Positions 34,501-45,551 of a stretch of DNA of 64,000 bases are shown here, piece by piece. Below the pieces are notes generated by a model. It did not search any database and was not told where the DNA came from. It worked only from the letters and a program-made list of their open reading frames with translations. The translations under genes and the position numbers were made by a program. How positions within the stretch are numbered: position 1 is the stretch's first letter; the number at the start of each line of letters is the position of its first letter. This stretch comes from Oikopleura dioica (lineage: Eukaryota; Animalia; Chordata): contig OU015566.1 of assembly GCA_907165135.1 (NCBI GenBank), positions 3,968,001 to 4,032,000 on the forward strand, in the 5' to 3' direction.

Positions 34501-37500
34501 ATCCGCATCGATGTGGCAGAGATCATTAGTGATAGTACATTCGTCGACGTTGACACATTGGCCATCATCGAACTCGTATCCTTCAGGACATTCACAGTGA
34601 AAACTTCCTATTGTGTTGATACAGAGGGATTGAGAGCAAAGCGTGATATCGTCCGTACACTCATCAATATCCTCGCATTCGACTGGATCAGATCCGGCAA
34701 TGAGCTTATATCCAGTTTGGCAGACACATTCGACATCTGATTTGCCAGCTTGAAGAGTGCAATACGTATTTGGTCCACAAGAATCGTCCATTGTTGGTGA
34801 GCATTCAGGGAAGCAGAAGCAGCCGTCTCCATGGAAGCCGGAATTACATTTGCATTCCCAAGAGCCGATTGTATTGATACAATCAGCGTTTGCATCGCAA
34901 TTATGTAAATCAAGATCGCACTCGTCAACATCATCGCAGAGCCAAGAAGTGGTGTTCCTTTCGTAGCCTTGTGGACATTCGCAGGTGTAGCTTCCGTAAG
35001 TATTGACGCAGATTTCGACGGGCGACTGAAGATGGCAAACATGTACTGTATCATCTTCGCATTCGTTGATATCGATACAGTCAACCAAAGGATCGCCAGT
35101 TGTTCCCGATGGACATTCGCAAAATGGCTCGTTGGTGTTATCATAGACGCAGAAAGCATTTCCAGCGCATGGTGGGCAGATCTTTGTGCATTTGAATCCA
35201 TCACCGAAGTAGTCCGCTGGACATGAACAGGTATAAGAGCCGATCGTATTGTCGCAAATTCCAACATCGCTGTCACAAAGATGTGTCTTATCATTGCATT
35301 CGTGGATGTCAAGGCAAGCATCATTGACAAGTTGATAGCCTTCAGGACAATAACAGTAATCACCATTTCCAATGAGATCCGCATCTCGGTTAGCAACTTG
35401 TGAACATTCGCAATCATAGCTTCCGATTGTGTTGACGCAGTCAGCATTTGTATCGCATTTGTGAGTTTGGTCATCACACTCATTTATGTCGATACAAATA
35501 TCACTAGTTCCCGCTTGATGTTCATATCCAGCTGGGCATTCGCAAATAAATGAGCCGATTGTATTGACGCACTCGGATTTTATCGCGTCGCAGTTGTTCA
35601 GAGTCTCATCTTCGCACTCATTGATATCAATGCAAATGTCGTTTTCCATGAAGAATCCATCCTTGCACTTGCAGTATGCTTGTCTTGATGAAGGATCAAT
35701 GAAGCAGTATCCGAAAGTGCCACAGTCAGGTGGGCAAATTTCGTGACAGAATTTACCATCTCCCTCCCAACCGGTTTCGCAGGTACAAGTGTGAGAGCCT
35801 TGGAGATTATCACAGATAGCATGTGAGTCGCATTCGTGAAGTTCTTGGTCTGCGCATTCATTAATGTCAATGCACACTCGAGAGCCGTCAGGTTCGTAGC
35901 CATTTCGACAGACGCAGTTGTAATCACCGTCGCAGTTTCGACACTCTTCTGTGATCGGATTGCAGGAGCTTGTTCCAGTAGTGCATTCGTTGATGTCAAT
36001 GCAGTTTCCGGGATTGGCAGGGTCAAACTCATAGCCTGGTAGACAAGTACACGCTCTTGAATTCAATGGAGCGTCTATATCGCAATCAGTATTAACGCCG
36101 CATGTGGAGCAATCCGGAATGCATTCGAATCCGGAAAGAATGAATCCAGCGTGGCAACCACATTCATATCCTCTGTTGAGAGTGAGATCGTAAAGTGTGT
36201 TAAGGCAGTCAGCATTGTTATCGCAGAGATGAGTCTGATCAGTACACTCGTCGACATCTTCGCAATCACCAGCAGCGTTTCTGAAGTAGCCGATGTCACA
36301 TTCGCATCGAACGCTTCCGATAGTGTTAACACATGACTCGTTTGGCAAAGTACACGTGAATGGAGGATTATCGGTACATTCATTCACATCGACACAGGTA
36401 AGATTAGTCGGCCAAATGCCAAGAGAGGCAAAGCCTGTGTCACAGATGCAACCCATGTTTCCACTTGCCAGCATACCGCAATGGGCGTCTTCTGGGCAAG
36501 AATCAGGGCAGTCCAAGCAGGTGTAACTTCCATCTACGTCGAGACAAGCTTCCTCACAGATGGATGCATCTGTACATTCATTGACATCGATGCAATCAAG
36601 TTTCTGTTGAGCCCTTTTAGCATCCGGAGAAAGAGCATCTCCATCTTCATAGCCAGGTAGACATTCACAGTCAGCAAATCCGCTCGTTTCGTTGACAAGG
36701 CACATGGTGTTAAAGCCGCAAAGATCGCACTCGAGAGCGCAGGGAAGCTCTGTTTCATTGAAGCAATTTCTGCCGTTTCCGAAAACAGTCGTATCAGGAG
36801 GACACTCGCACTCGTATGATCCTACAGTGTTGGTACATGTTGCGCGGATGTGGCAGTCGTGTACATCAATTGAATCTTCGCACTCATTAATGTCAACACA
36901 TTCATCAGTTGTTGAGTTATATCTGTAACCGGTGTTACAAATGCATGTGAAAGATCCTGCCGTATTGTAGCACTCTTCATTGTTGCCACAAGGGTCGGCA
37001 AGAACGCCATCGGTACATTCATTTGTATCTTCGCATAAGTCACCATTAGGGATCAAACCAATGTCACACTCGCATTCGAGCGCGGTTTTTGCTGGATTGA
37101 CAAGGCAATGTTGAGTCTGGTGGCAAAGTGGATCACATTCAATTACGACCCAATCGCAGTCGACACCGTTCCATTCGTATCCATAGGGACAATGGCAATC
37201 GTAGCTTCCCATAGTGTTCATACATTCCATGGTCAAATCTGGCTCGCCAGTGATACTTGCCGGAACGATGATTGATGAACAAGTGTGAGTACTCTCCTCA
37301 CACTCATGAATATCAATGCATGTTGAATTTGTCGCATCTTCCCATTTATATCCAACATCGCATTCACAAGCCGGCCTGTTATCTGTAATAATGCAATGAG
37401 AATTCTCAATGGCGCCACACTCTGCTTCGCAATCGACCTCGTAGCACATTTTTCCATTTCCAGCGAAATTGCCAGTTGCGCACTCGCACTCGTAAGAGCC

Positions 37501-40500
37501 AATCGTGTCAACGCAAGAAGCATTCGGATCGCAAACGAAAAGACCTTCGTCGCACTCGTTAATATTAATGCATTGTTCTGATTTGTCATCAATAGTATTG
37601 TCTCTTCTGTATCCCTCTGGACAGCAGCAAGAATATGAGCCGATCGTGTTGTGACATTTTCGATCAAGGAAAAGACCAGGATCATTCGGATCAACTTGGA
37701 CAGAACCGCAACCACCATTGTTTGTATTGCACTCGTTGATATCCACGCATTCGAGAGGATCGTTCAAAGCGGGCTCAAATCCTGGCCAACATTCACAGCT
37801 TGGCTCTCGTTTGCCATTGACAACGTTGTAGACACAATTTGAGTTGACGCAAACTGGACATTCTGGAATGCAGACAAAGCCATTGCCCATGAAGCCAGTG
37901 TCACATTGACAGGTATACGAGCCGACTGTATTCGTGCATATTCCATTTGTATGACAAAGATTTGTGTCGATCAAAGGATCACATTCGTCAATGTCTTCGC
38001 ATTGATTGAGGACATCATTGTAGGTGTATCCGTCTGGACAGCGACATTCATACGAGCCAATGGTATTGTAGCATTCCATCGGGCCAACAACGCCAGTACA
38101 GATGTGAGTATTTGTAGAACACTCATTAACGTCCTCGCAGCCCAAAGTATCATCAGTTGCATCTTTTCGCTGAAATCCGCTTGGACAATTGCATTCGCCA
38201 GACATCGAAATAGCATTCGTCTCGCAAGTCATCAATGGACCACATCGTCCATGGCAATCGCAATGCACGATATTCTCGCAATGATAATATGAAATTGGTT
38301 GATTCGCTGCATCGGTGTCAACAGCCGAGTCATAATTAACACACTTTTGGGTCAATGCATCGCAACTATGAGTAGATCCGGCACATTCGTCGATGTCAAC
38401 GCAGGTTGGCGTCTTTCCATCGGCACTCCAGCTGATCTCATGGCCATCATGGCTACATTCGCAGTTGAAACCGCCATAAACGTTCTCACAGAGAAGCCCA
38501 TTTTCCGAGCAAATGTTCGAAACAGAGCATTCGTCGAAATCTTTGCATGTTCGACCTGTTGCATCTGCTGGATCCGGTTCGAAACCGTCATCGCAGCTGC
38601 AGGTGAGATCAACAACTAGTCCAGTTCCAGCGTCAACTTCTGTCGTGCAATATTGGTGTGCGCCACAGACTCCGCAGGACATTGTACAGCGGTAATATGC
38701 TCCATCTGTCACGCAGAATTCATTCAAAATATCATGACCGACCATACAAGAGTGGAGATTATCAGCACAGTGATCGATCGACACGCAGCCAGCTCCGTCG
38801 TTAAAGTCTTTGAAGAGATGTTCAAGCTCGTCAGGAAGTTGTCCACAGAAGCAATGATATGATCCATCAGTATTGTAGCAAAGATCATTAACTCCACAAC
38901 TATTCGTAGCTGGAGCTCCAGGAGACGAAGGATCACATTCGTTGATATCGATACAACCAGAACCTGGGTTAAAATATCCCTCATCGCAGATACAAGTGCC
39001 GGGCCGATTCCATTTTGACTGATCTTGAGAGCAGTGAGAATTCGGACCGCAGAAAATGCAGTCTTCGCAGAAGTCTTCTTCTTCGCATGTATACGATCCA
39101 ATTGTGTTGACGCAGGTTTCTCGAGTGATTGAGGTGTCCGATGGATCATGCGTTCCAATATCGCATTGATGAAGTATCGAAATGTAGGCTTCACAATTTG
39201 CTGGGCAAAACTCTCCCCCATTGACGTATGTTACTGAGAGAACGCTTTGTGCTGTACCAGTGCTTGCATCGTGAACAGTTGTTTGCTTGCATAAACATGA
39301 CGTCATTCCGCATTCGTCAATATCGATGCATTTCTGCGTTGCTTCATCCAAGTAGAATCCAGTATCGCAGACGCATTTGAATGAGCCAACAGTATTGAGA
39401 CATTTTTCTGTATAAACAAGTTGCTCAACATTCTCTTCCGGGATGGCAAGAGCTCGAGTTTGTTCTTCGAACTTGACACAGTCCCATGAAGCGTCAATGT
39501 AAGGCTTGACATCATTCGAGCATCGTTCGGGAAGAGCTTGAGTACTGAAAACACAATCTTCTTTTCCATTGCAGCTCGAAGTCATAATTTCGAAAAGGTC
39601 CAAGTTCTCTTCCTCTGGACACGAGCCACATCCCTTTTTCGCGTAGCAGCATGCTTCACTATCGATTCTGCCGAACATGGCGCTAGTGATTTCGATTTCA
39701 GTTCCAGCAGGACATTTGAGAACAATATCTGGATTTTTCTTGTTGAAGCACATCGAGCCATCATTTGTTGGCGATTTGTCTTCGAGCTTTTTACTCTCGA
39801 CGATTTCTTTGATTGTCGATCTTTCTGTTCTTGATCCAGAAGGATAGAGCATGTCACATTGACTCGTAGCAGAGCTGAGACACTCATCAATATCGATACA
39901 GTCGCCGTTAGCGTCTTCTTTGAAGCCAGTTTTGCACCGGCACTCGTGAGTGTAGACAGTTTCCCATCTTGAGCTCGATTTTACTTTTTGAACACACTCG
40001 CTGTTTGGTTTTGTCGATGGGCAATCTTCGCAAGCACTGCATGAGCACAAGAAGGAGCCATCTTTATTGGTGCAGAGGGAGCTGTCAGGGCAAGCATTGA
40101 GGGCATTATCATTGCATTCGTTGATGTCAAGGCAGACAACGGAACTTCTGTCGTTAACACCAGCTGCGAAGGTGGCGGCGAAACCATCATCGCAGTCGCA
40201 TACATATGAGCCTGGAGTGTTTTCACAAATAGTTGGATCGAGTGGATTGTTGTCGTAAGTGTTGGTGAACACATTTGTTCCGCATTTAGCAACAGTCTCC
40301 GTACACTCATCAATATCAACGCAGATAGCAAGGCTCGCTGTTTCGGCATCAGTATTTGTGAAGAAATCACAATTGCAAGTTGCACCTGATCCAGTATCCT
40401 CCTTGAAGCAAATATCAACCAAGTTCTCACAGTAGTCCTCAAGTGTATCATCAGTATTTTGACAGTAACAAGGGTCAGCTGGATCCAAACTTGTCGGATC

Positions 40501-42873
40501 AAAAGTCAAGTCGATCATTCGATAGCCAGAGTCACATTCGCAAACTGGTCTCAGCGAACTCTCAGTTCCTGATTCGCCTTCTTCAAGAACTTTAAGTTTG
40601 CATTCGGAATTGACACACTCGCGCCAGTACTCGCCGTTGCCGATTGATTGGTCGCATTCCCAGATGCACTCGTATGATCCAACAGTGTTAATGCAGTGGT
40701 TTTCGGTGGAACAAGAATGAATGTTCGCGGAACACTCATTTATATCAATACAATGGATTCCAAGAACATCATTGCCCGGTGAGCTCCCGCCCGAGTGGAT
40801 CATTTCGAATCCAAGGGGACAGTCACACCAGTAGCCGCCATCAGTATTGTGGCAGACAAGAGTCTCAGAAGTCGTGGCAAACATGGTGCCACCAGTGCCA
40901 GAAACGCTAGCGTCTATAAGAGAAGAGCCGCAGACAGAAGGATTATCAGTACACTCATCGACATCTTCGCATTTGAACTGGAATGTTGTGCCATCAGGAA
41001 CGACAAGATATCCATTTTCCGCGCATTTACATTCCTCGGTACCAGTTGTCAAGTCGAAATCGCACCAGACACCGTTAATAGGAGCAAAGAAGGTTCCCGC
41101 CGTTGTGCCATCTCCATTGCAAGACTCTTTATTACATCCCCATGTACACTCATACGGATTGCCGCTTCCGGATACGTTTTCAGTGCAGTGAGAAGATGTG
41201 TAGCACTGATGAGCTCCAGAAGCCGGTGGGTCGATGCTGCACTCATCGATGACTAGGCACACGATCGGTCGCACGGGATCTCCGTTTGCATCCAGTTGGA
41301 CTTCGGAGCCATGAGGGCAGTAGCAATAGTATGATCCGTCAGTATCGACGCAAAGGGGAGTGTCATGATCAGTCGTTCCCGTGCCGCAGATATTGTCAGT
41401 TCGATCGCACTCATCAATGTTGATGCAGTTGATAGTCTGGGGGACGTCTAAGTCATAACTAGTGTCTTCGTAGCCAACTGGGCAGGAGCAAATTTGCTGA
41501 CCATAACGATTTTCTAGAGCTGCGTCGTATCTCGGATCACCAGCACCGATGTCTTCATGTTTTAGATTGACTCTTGAGCAGAGGGCATTTGGGTCTGAGC
41601 AAAAATCTGCCTCACAATCCCAGTTACAAGTAAAGGTTCCTGATGTATCGTCAGTGCAATCAGCTGTCAAGTAGCACGAATGCATTTCATACCCGAGAAC
41701 GAAGTTGCCTGGAGGATCTGGACGAGTGAGAGTGGTGGAGCATTCGTTGATGTTGACACATTCACAGTTTGTTCGATCCGGGTCAGTTGCATTGCAAGCA
41801 GCATCATCAAGCAAATATCCGTTTGGACAATAGCAATCGTATGAGCCAACAGTATTTTCGCAAATTGAGCTCACATGACATTTATGGATGGTGTTTGGAT
41901 CCGTAGATAAACATTCATTTATATCGTAGCATTCATAGTAAGGATCGGCAAGAGGGTCGGCAACTGTGTTCGTGACAGTATCGAAACCGTCGAGACAGGA
42001 ACAAGCTTCATCTCCTGTCGAAGTATCAATGTAGCAGGTACTTGTGGTAAGATCGCATGTATCGGCGCCCCCATTAGCGCACTCAGAAGTACAGGTGAAC
42101 GATCCGACAGTGTTGACACAAACTGCTCCTCCATCACAAGCACTTTTGGTGCGTCGCATTCATTGATGTCTTCGCAGACGATCAAGTCAGGATCAGTTTC
42201 CGTTGGATTGGCTTTTTGATAACCGTGCGCGCAGACTGTCGTGTATGAGCCGAAAGTGTTGACGCACTGGATCAAGCTGTTGGTCGTGTCGTAGGCTGGG
42301 CAATTGAAGTAATCTTGGTAAGTGATCGCGACGTTTTGGCAATCGTTAGTGACCAGCTCGTCGCATTCGTCGATGTCTTCACAGCTGATTCCATCAACAG
42401 AGTCGTCTGTATCCCGGAAGCCGTACATACAAAGATTGTAAGGAGAAATCGGGTATTCTTCTGGGCTGCCATCGTAGAGTCGCTGGCCCATTCCCGGGAA
42501 ATGAGATTGTTTGGCCTTCGTTTTTGCATTTCGCTGTATTTGGTCAAGTTTCCTTTGAAATTATCGTTGTTTGTGAGGCAGATTTGCTGCGCCCTTGGGT
42601 CGGCATATGGAATCGTTCCATTGAAATTAGTCGGGTTGTTTTGGAAACTTCCGCAAAGTCGAGGCATGCATTCTTTTGGGTAGCAGTTTTCCTGGAGATA
42701 ATCGATCGTGTTTTCTTTACACTCTCCGTTGGGATCGAACCAGCATCGGAAAGACTCGTCGTAGACCTTGGCACAGTCCAATGGATCGGGAGGACCAGTG
42801 CAGTCGTCAATAGTCGAGCAAATTCCATCTACGGCATCGCATGTGTGGAAGTCAGGACAAACGCAGCCAGGCT
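31503..42873 (-). CDS. Giant (~3,700 aa) secreted fibrillin-like protein of calcium-binding EGF repeats with one SUEL (rhamnose/galactose lectin) domain; 5' exon(s) unresolved, probably to about 43380 or beyond
   Basis: 3087-aa ORF at 32896-42159 plus downstream exons 32647-31890 and 31831-31503; about 47 D(I/V)(N/D)EC cbEGF signatures by manual count; SUEL motif LKCPAGTEIEITSAMFGR...CNGKEDC; no TB domains or TM segment seen; two frameshifts near 42146 and 42500. Confidence 0.9.
32653..32913. mobile_element. 261-bp hAT-like MITE with 8-bp TSD forming a GA-AG intron (32648-32916)
   Basis: TIR CAGAGTTGAAAATTTTG / CAAAATTTCCAACTCTG; TSD TTCCTATT (32645-32652) / TTCCTGTT (32914-32921). Confidence 0.9.
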
Positions 42874-43144
42874 CTGTTTTTTGGATAAACTCTTTTTTAT
42901 TTAATTTATTCAAAAAACAGCCCAAAAAAGGGAAAAATTAAAAAAAGAACGGACTTGAAAAAAATGAAAAAAAATGCCCAAAAAAGGGAAAATGAACGGA
43001 AAAAAAAAACCAAAAAAGGACGAAAAAAAAAACAAAAAAAAAAATCTTTTTTTTTTCCTGAAGCAACCAAGAACCATCAGAGAAGCGTTTTCGTATGGTC
43101 CATTTTTTTCAAGAGCCATTTCAGGAGAGAAAGAGCATCCAAAC

Positions 43145-43310
43145 AGAACTCAGGATTCCTGAGTCAGGCACACTTAATCCACCATCCAAGCATAAGTCAG
43201 GAATCCTGAGTTAGCCACACAATCCAACGGAACACTCAGGGTTCTTGAGTCAGGCCAACAGAATCCAACATTTGAGGAAACTCAGGAGTCCAAAGTCAGG
43301 CACGCAGGAT
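43145..43310. repeat. Tandem degenerate ACTCAGG..CCTGAGTCAGGCA array
   Basis: About 5 units related to the subterminal motif of the CTGGGC MITE family. Confidence 0.7.
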
Positions 43311-43863
43311 CCAAAATTTTTGTTGCCTGTCATCAGTCGATTTTCCATTTGTTCTCTTTGTCTCTCTTTCTTCGTTCTGAAAGCAAAATTTGAGCATAAA
43401 ACTCGAACATTTTACATTTGAAAAAAAAAATTATTTTAACGAGATATTGCTCAAATCTCAAATGAAGAACCGCGTTTCTTTCTCTCCGAAGAAGATCCGA
43501 ATTCGCGATTTTGATCTCCGGCAATTTTTATCAAAACGCGTTTTCTGTGTAAAAACGCTCAGATTCTTGAAATGCCCGAGATTTTTCTCGAAAGCGTTCT
43601 TTTACGTCCTCATAATTTAATGAAGAGGATGTTTGATGCTGTCAATTTCCACGTGATCGGTTCAAAAGTGCCTCAGGCATGTTCCCAATCAAGGCTCAGC
43701 CGCTAAGTCTGATGAGGTCATGATTTATTGCCCCTTTTAGAACTGACGCGGGGCCTATTTCAGAGAAGCTAAATATACAAACAGAACTTACTTGATTACT
43801 TACCTTTACTCGTCAAATAGAAAGAGCAAATGACCAGAAGGGATGAAAACTGACCTTTCAATC

Positions 43864-44919
43864 ATGACTCTCTTCTACTCGCTTATTTTGCTTTTTGCCG
43901 TTTCGGGATCGAGAGCGCAGGAAACTAACTACGATTACAATTTCAACCCGGACGAAAGTTACGATCCTGGAGAGCCTCAAGATCCTACTGTAAGTCGATT
44001 TTATCTTTAAAAAAAACTTTTCAAAAAAAATTTCAGGAAAAAGACCCTAGTATAATTTATACCCTTCCGTTTTTTCCCCTGCCAATCAGAATTCTCTATT
44101 TTCTCTGTTGACCAATCAGAAGCCATTATTCTTTGGTCTCTTATAAGAGCCTTACACTTTCTTCAAAGACCTAAGTATAATGGCCTGATTGGTCAAAAAG
44201 GAAAATAGAGAATTTTGATTGGTTGAAATGCCACGAAGATCGAAAGAGGAAATTGCCTTATACACCCTTAATTGTTTCCCTTTCTGATTTCTTTTAGGTT
44301 TACGATTCAGAAGAAAGCTCCCCAGAATCATATTCTTACCTTGATGTCAGTTCTGATAGCTCATCCTCAGAATCAGACGATTATGACTACACAGGTTTTT
44401 TTCAAATTCTTCTGCTCAAAAATATGTCGTTTTAGATTCATCTGGAGACCAAAGTATTCTTAGCCCTGAAGAATCCTACGATCAAATCGTTGAATCTTTG
44501 TAAGAAACGACTTCACGATGTCAAAAAAATCATTTTTAGGAACACGACAACGACGGAATATCAAGATGATGGATTTTTCGGCGATAAATTTATTCAAATC
44601 GCCATTTGCGTTGGCACTGTTTTCGGAGGTAGAGGATCATTTTGCCATTTTTGATCATTTTTTAGTAACTCTTGCCGTCATTTTCGTCTATTTCATCGTC
44701 CGCACCGTCCAAAGTGACGACAAGAAATGCGAAGAAGTCCTCAACGAGTACAACAACAATAACCAAGACGACCCCGAAAATCCTCCTGAACCTCAAGAAG
44801 AGGAGAGCCCTCGAGAAGCCAATTCCGAAACGAAAATCGACGACCCTTTGCTGAAAAATTCTGAAAGTGCTCCGAAAAATCCTTTTGGTGATAGCAAAGA
44901 AGACCTGCTAGAAACATGA
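43864..44919 (+). CDS. Type-I single-pass membrane protein with acidic Ser/Tyr-rich ectodomain; function unknown
   Basis: Signal MTLFYSLILLFAVSGSRA; exons give YDYNFNPDESYDP..., SSDSSSSESDDYDY..., TM IAICVGTVFGVTLAVIFVYFIV; tail carries DPLL, NPF and EDLL motifs. Confidence 0.7.
44075..44228. repeat. Palindromic CCAAT-rich element (intronic)
   Basis: CCAATCAGAATTCTCTATTTT..GACCAATCAG mirrored by CTGATTGGTC..AAAATAGAGAATTTTGATTGG. Confidence 0.75.
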
Positions 44920-45551
44920 ATTTTCTTTATACAAACAAATTTCAAATAAAAGAAGCGAAAAATCTTTCTCTTTAATTTTCTCTTAGCATTTCTAGAGATG
45001 CTTACGTAATAAAAATTTTATTTTGATAAGAAAATCAGGAGCTATTGGCTCTTTAGTTTTAAAAAAATGGACAAAATATTTTGACTCGAAAAATAATTTC
45101 CAGGAAATTGACAAAAAGAGACTCATCAATTTTATTTTTCGAGAAAAAATTACCAATATAGCCTATATTATATAGGGTGTTTTTAATTAAAAAATTGCCA
45201 AAAAACTGGGATAAATGAAGCTTTTTTCCGTCATTTTGGCAGCTTCTGATCCAGTTTTGACCAGAAATAACATCAGAAAATCAAGGCGTGGCATCACATG
45301 ATGTCTTCATAAAATCGCGAAAACGCCCAAGTTCATAGATGAGCGGAACCTGCTAACCTAATTGTGATTATTAACTCGCATCGGAGCTTTGATCTTAAAA
45401 TAACCACATTTATGTCAGTCGAGTAAGCAATTATACGAGGTATCGGGCGTGTCTAGATTTGTCCTGCCAAGTGAAGATCTGACGATTTTCCCCCGGCATT
45501 TACGATTCATTATTACCAGCACACAGATAAGAAAGGAAAATTAACGAGAAA

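Noticed and set aside
31503-42873. Calling the giant gene fibrillin (FBN) or Notch
   Set aside because: No TB/hybrid domains, LNR, ankyrin or TM segments were seen.
31476-42904. Numerous overlapping 60-290 aa ORFs on both strands
   Set aside because: Shadows of the Cys-rich EGF reading frame.
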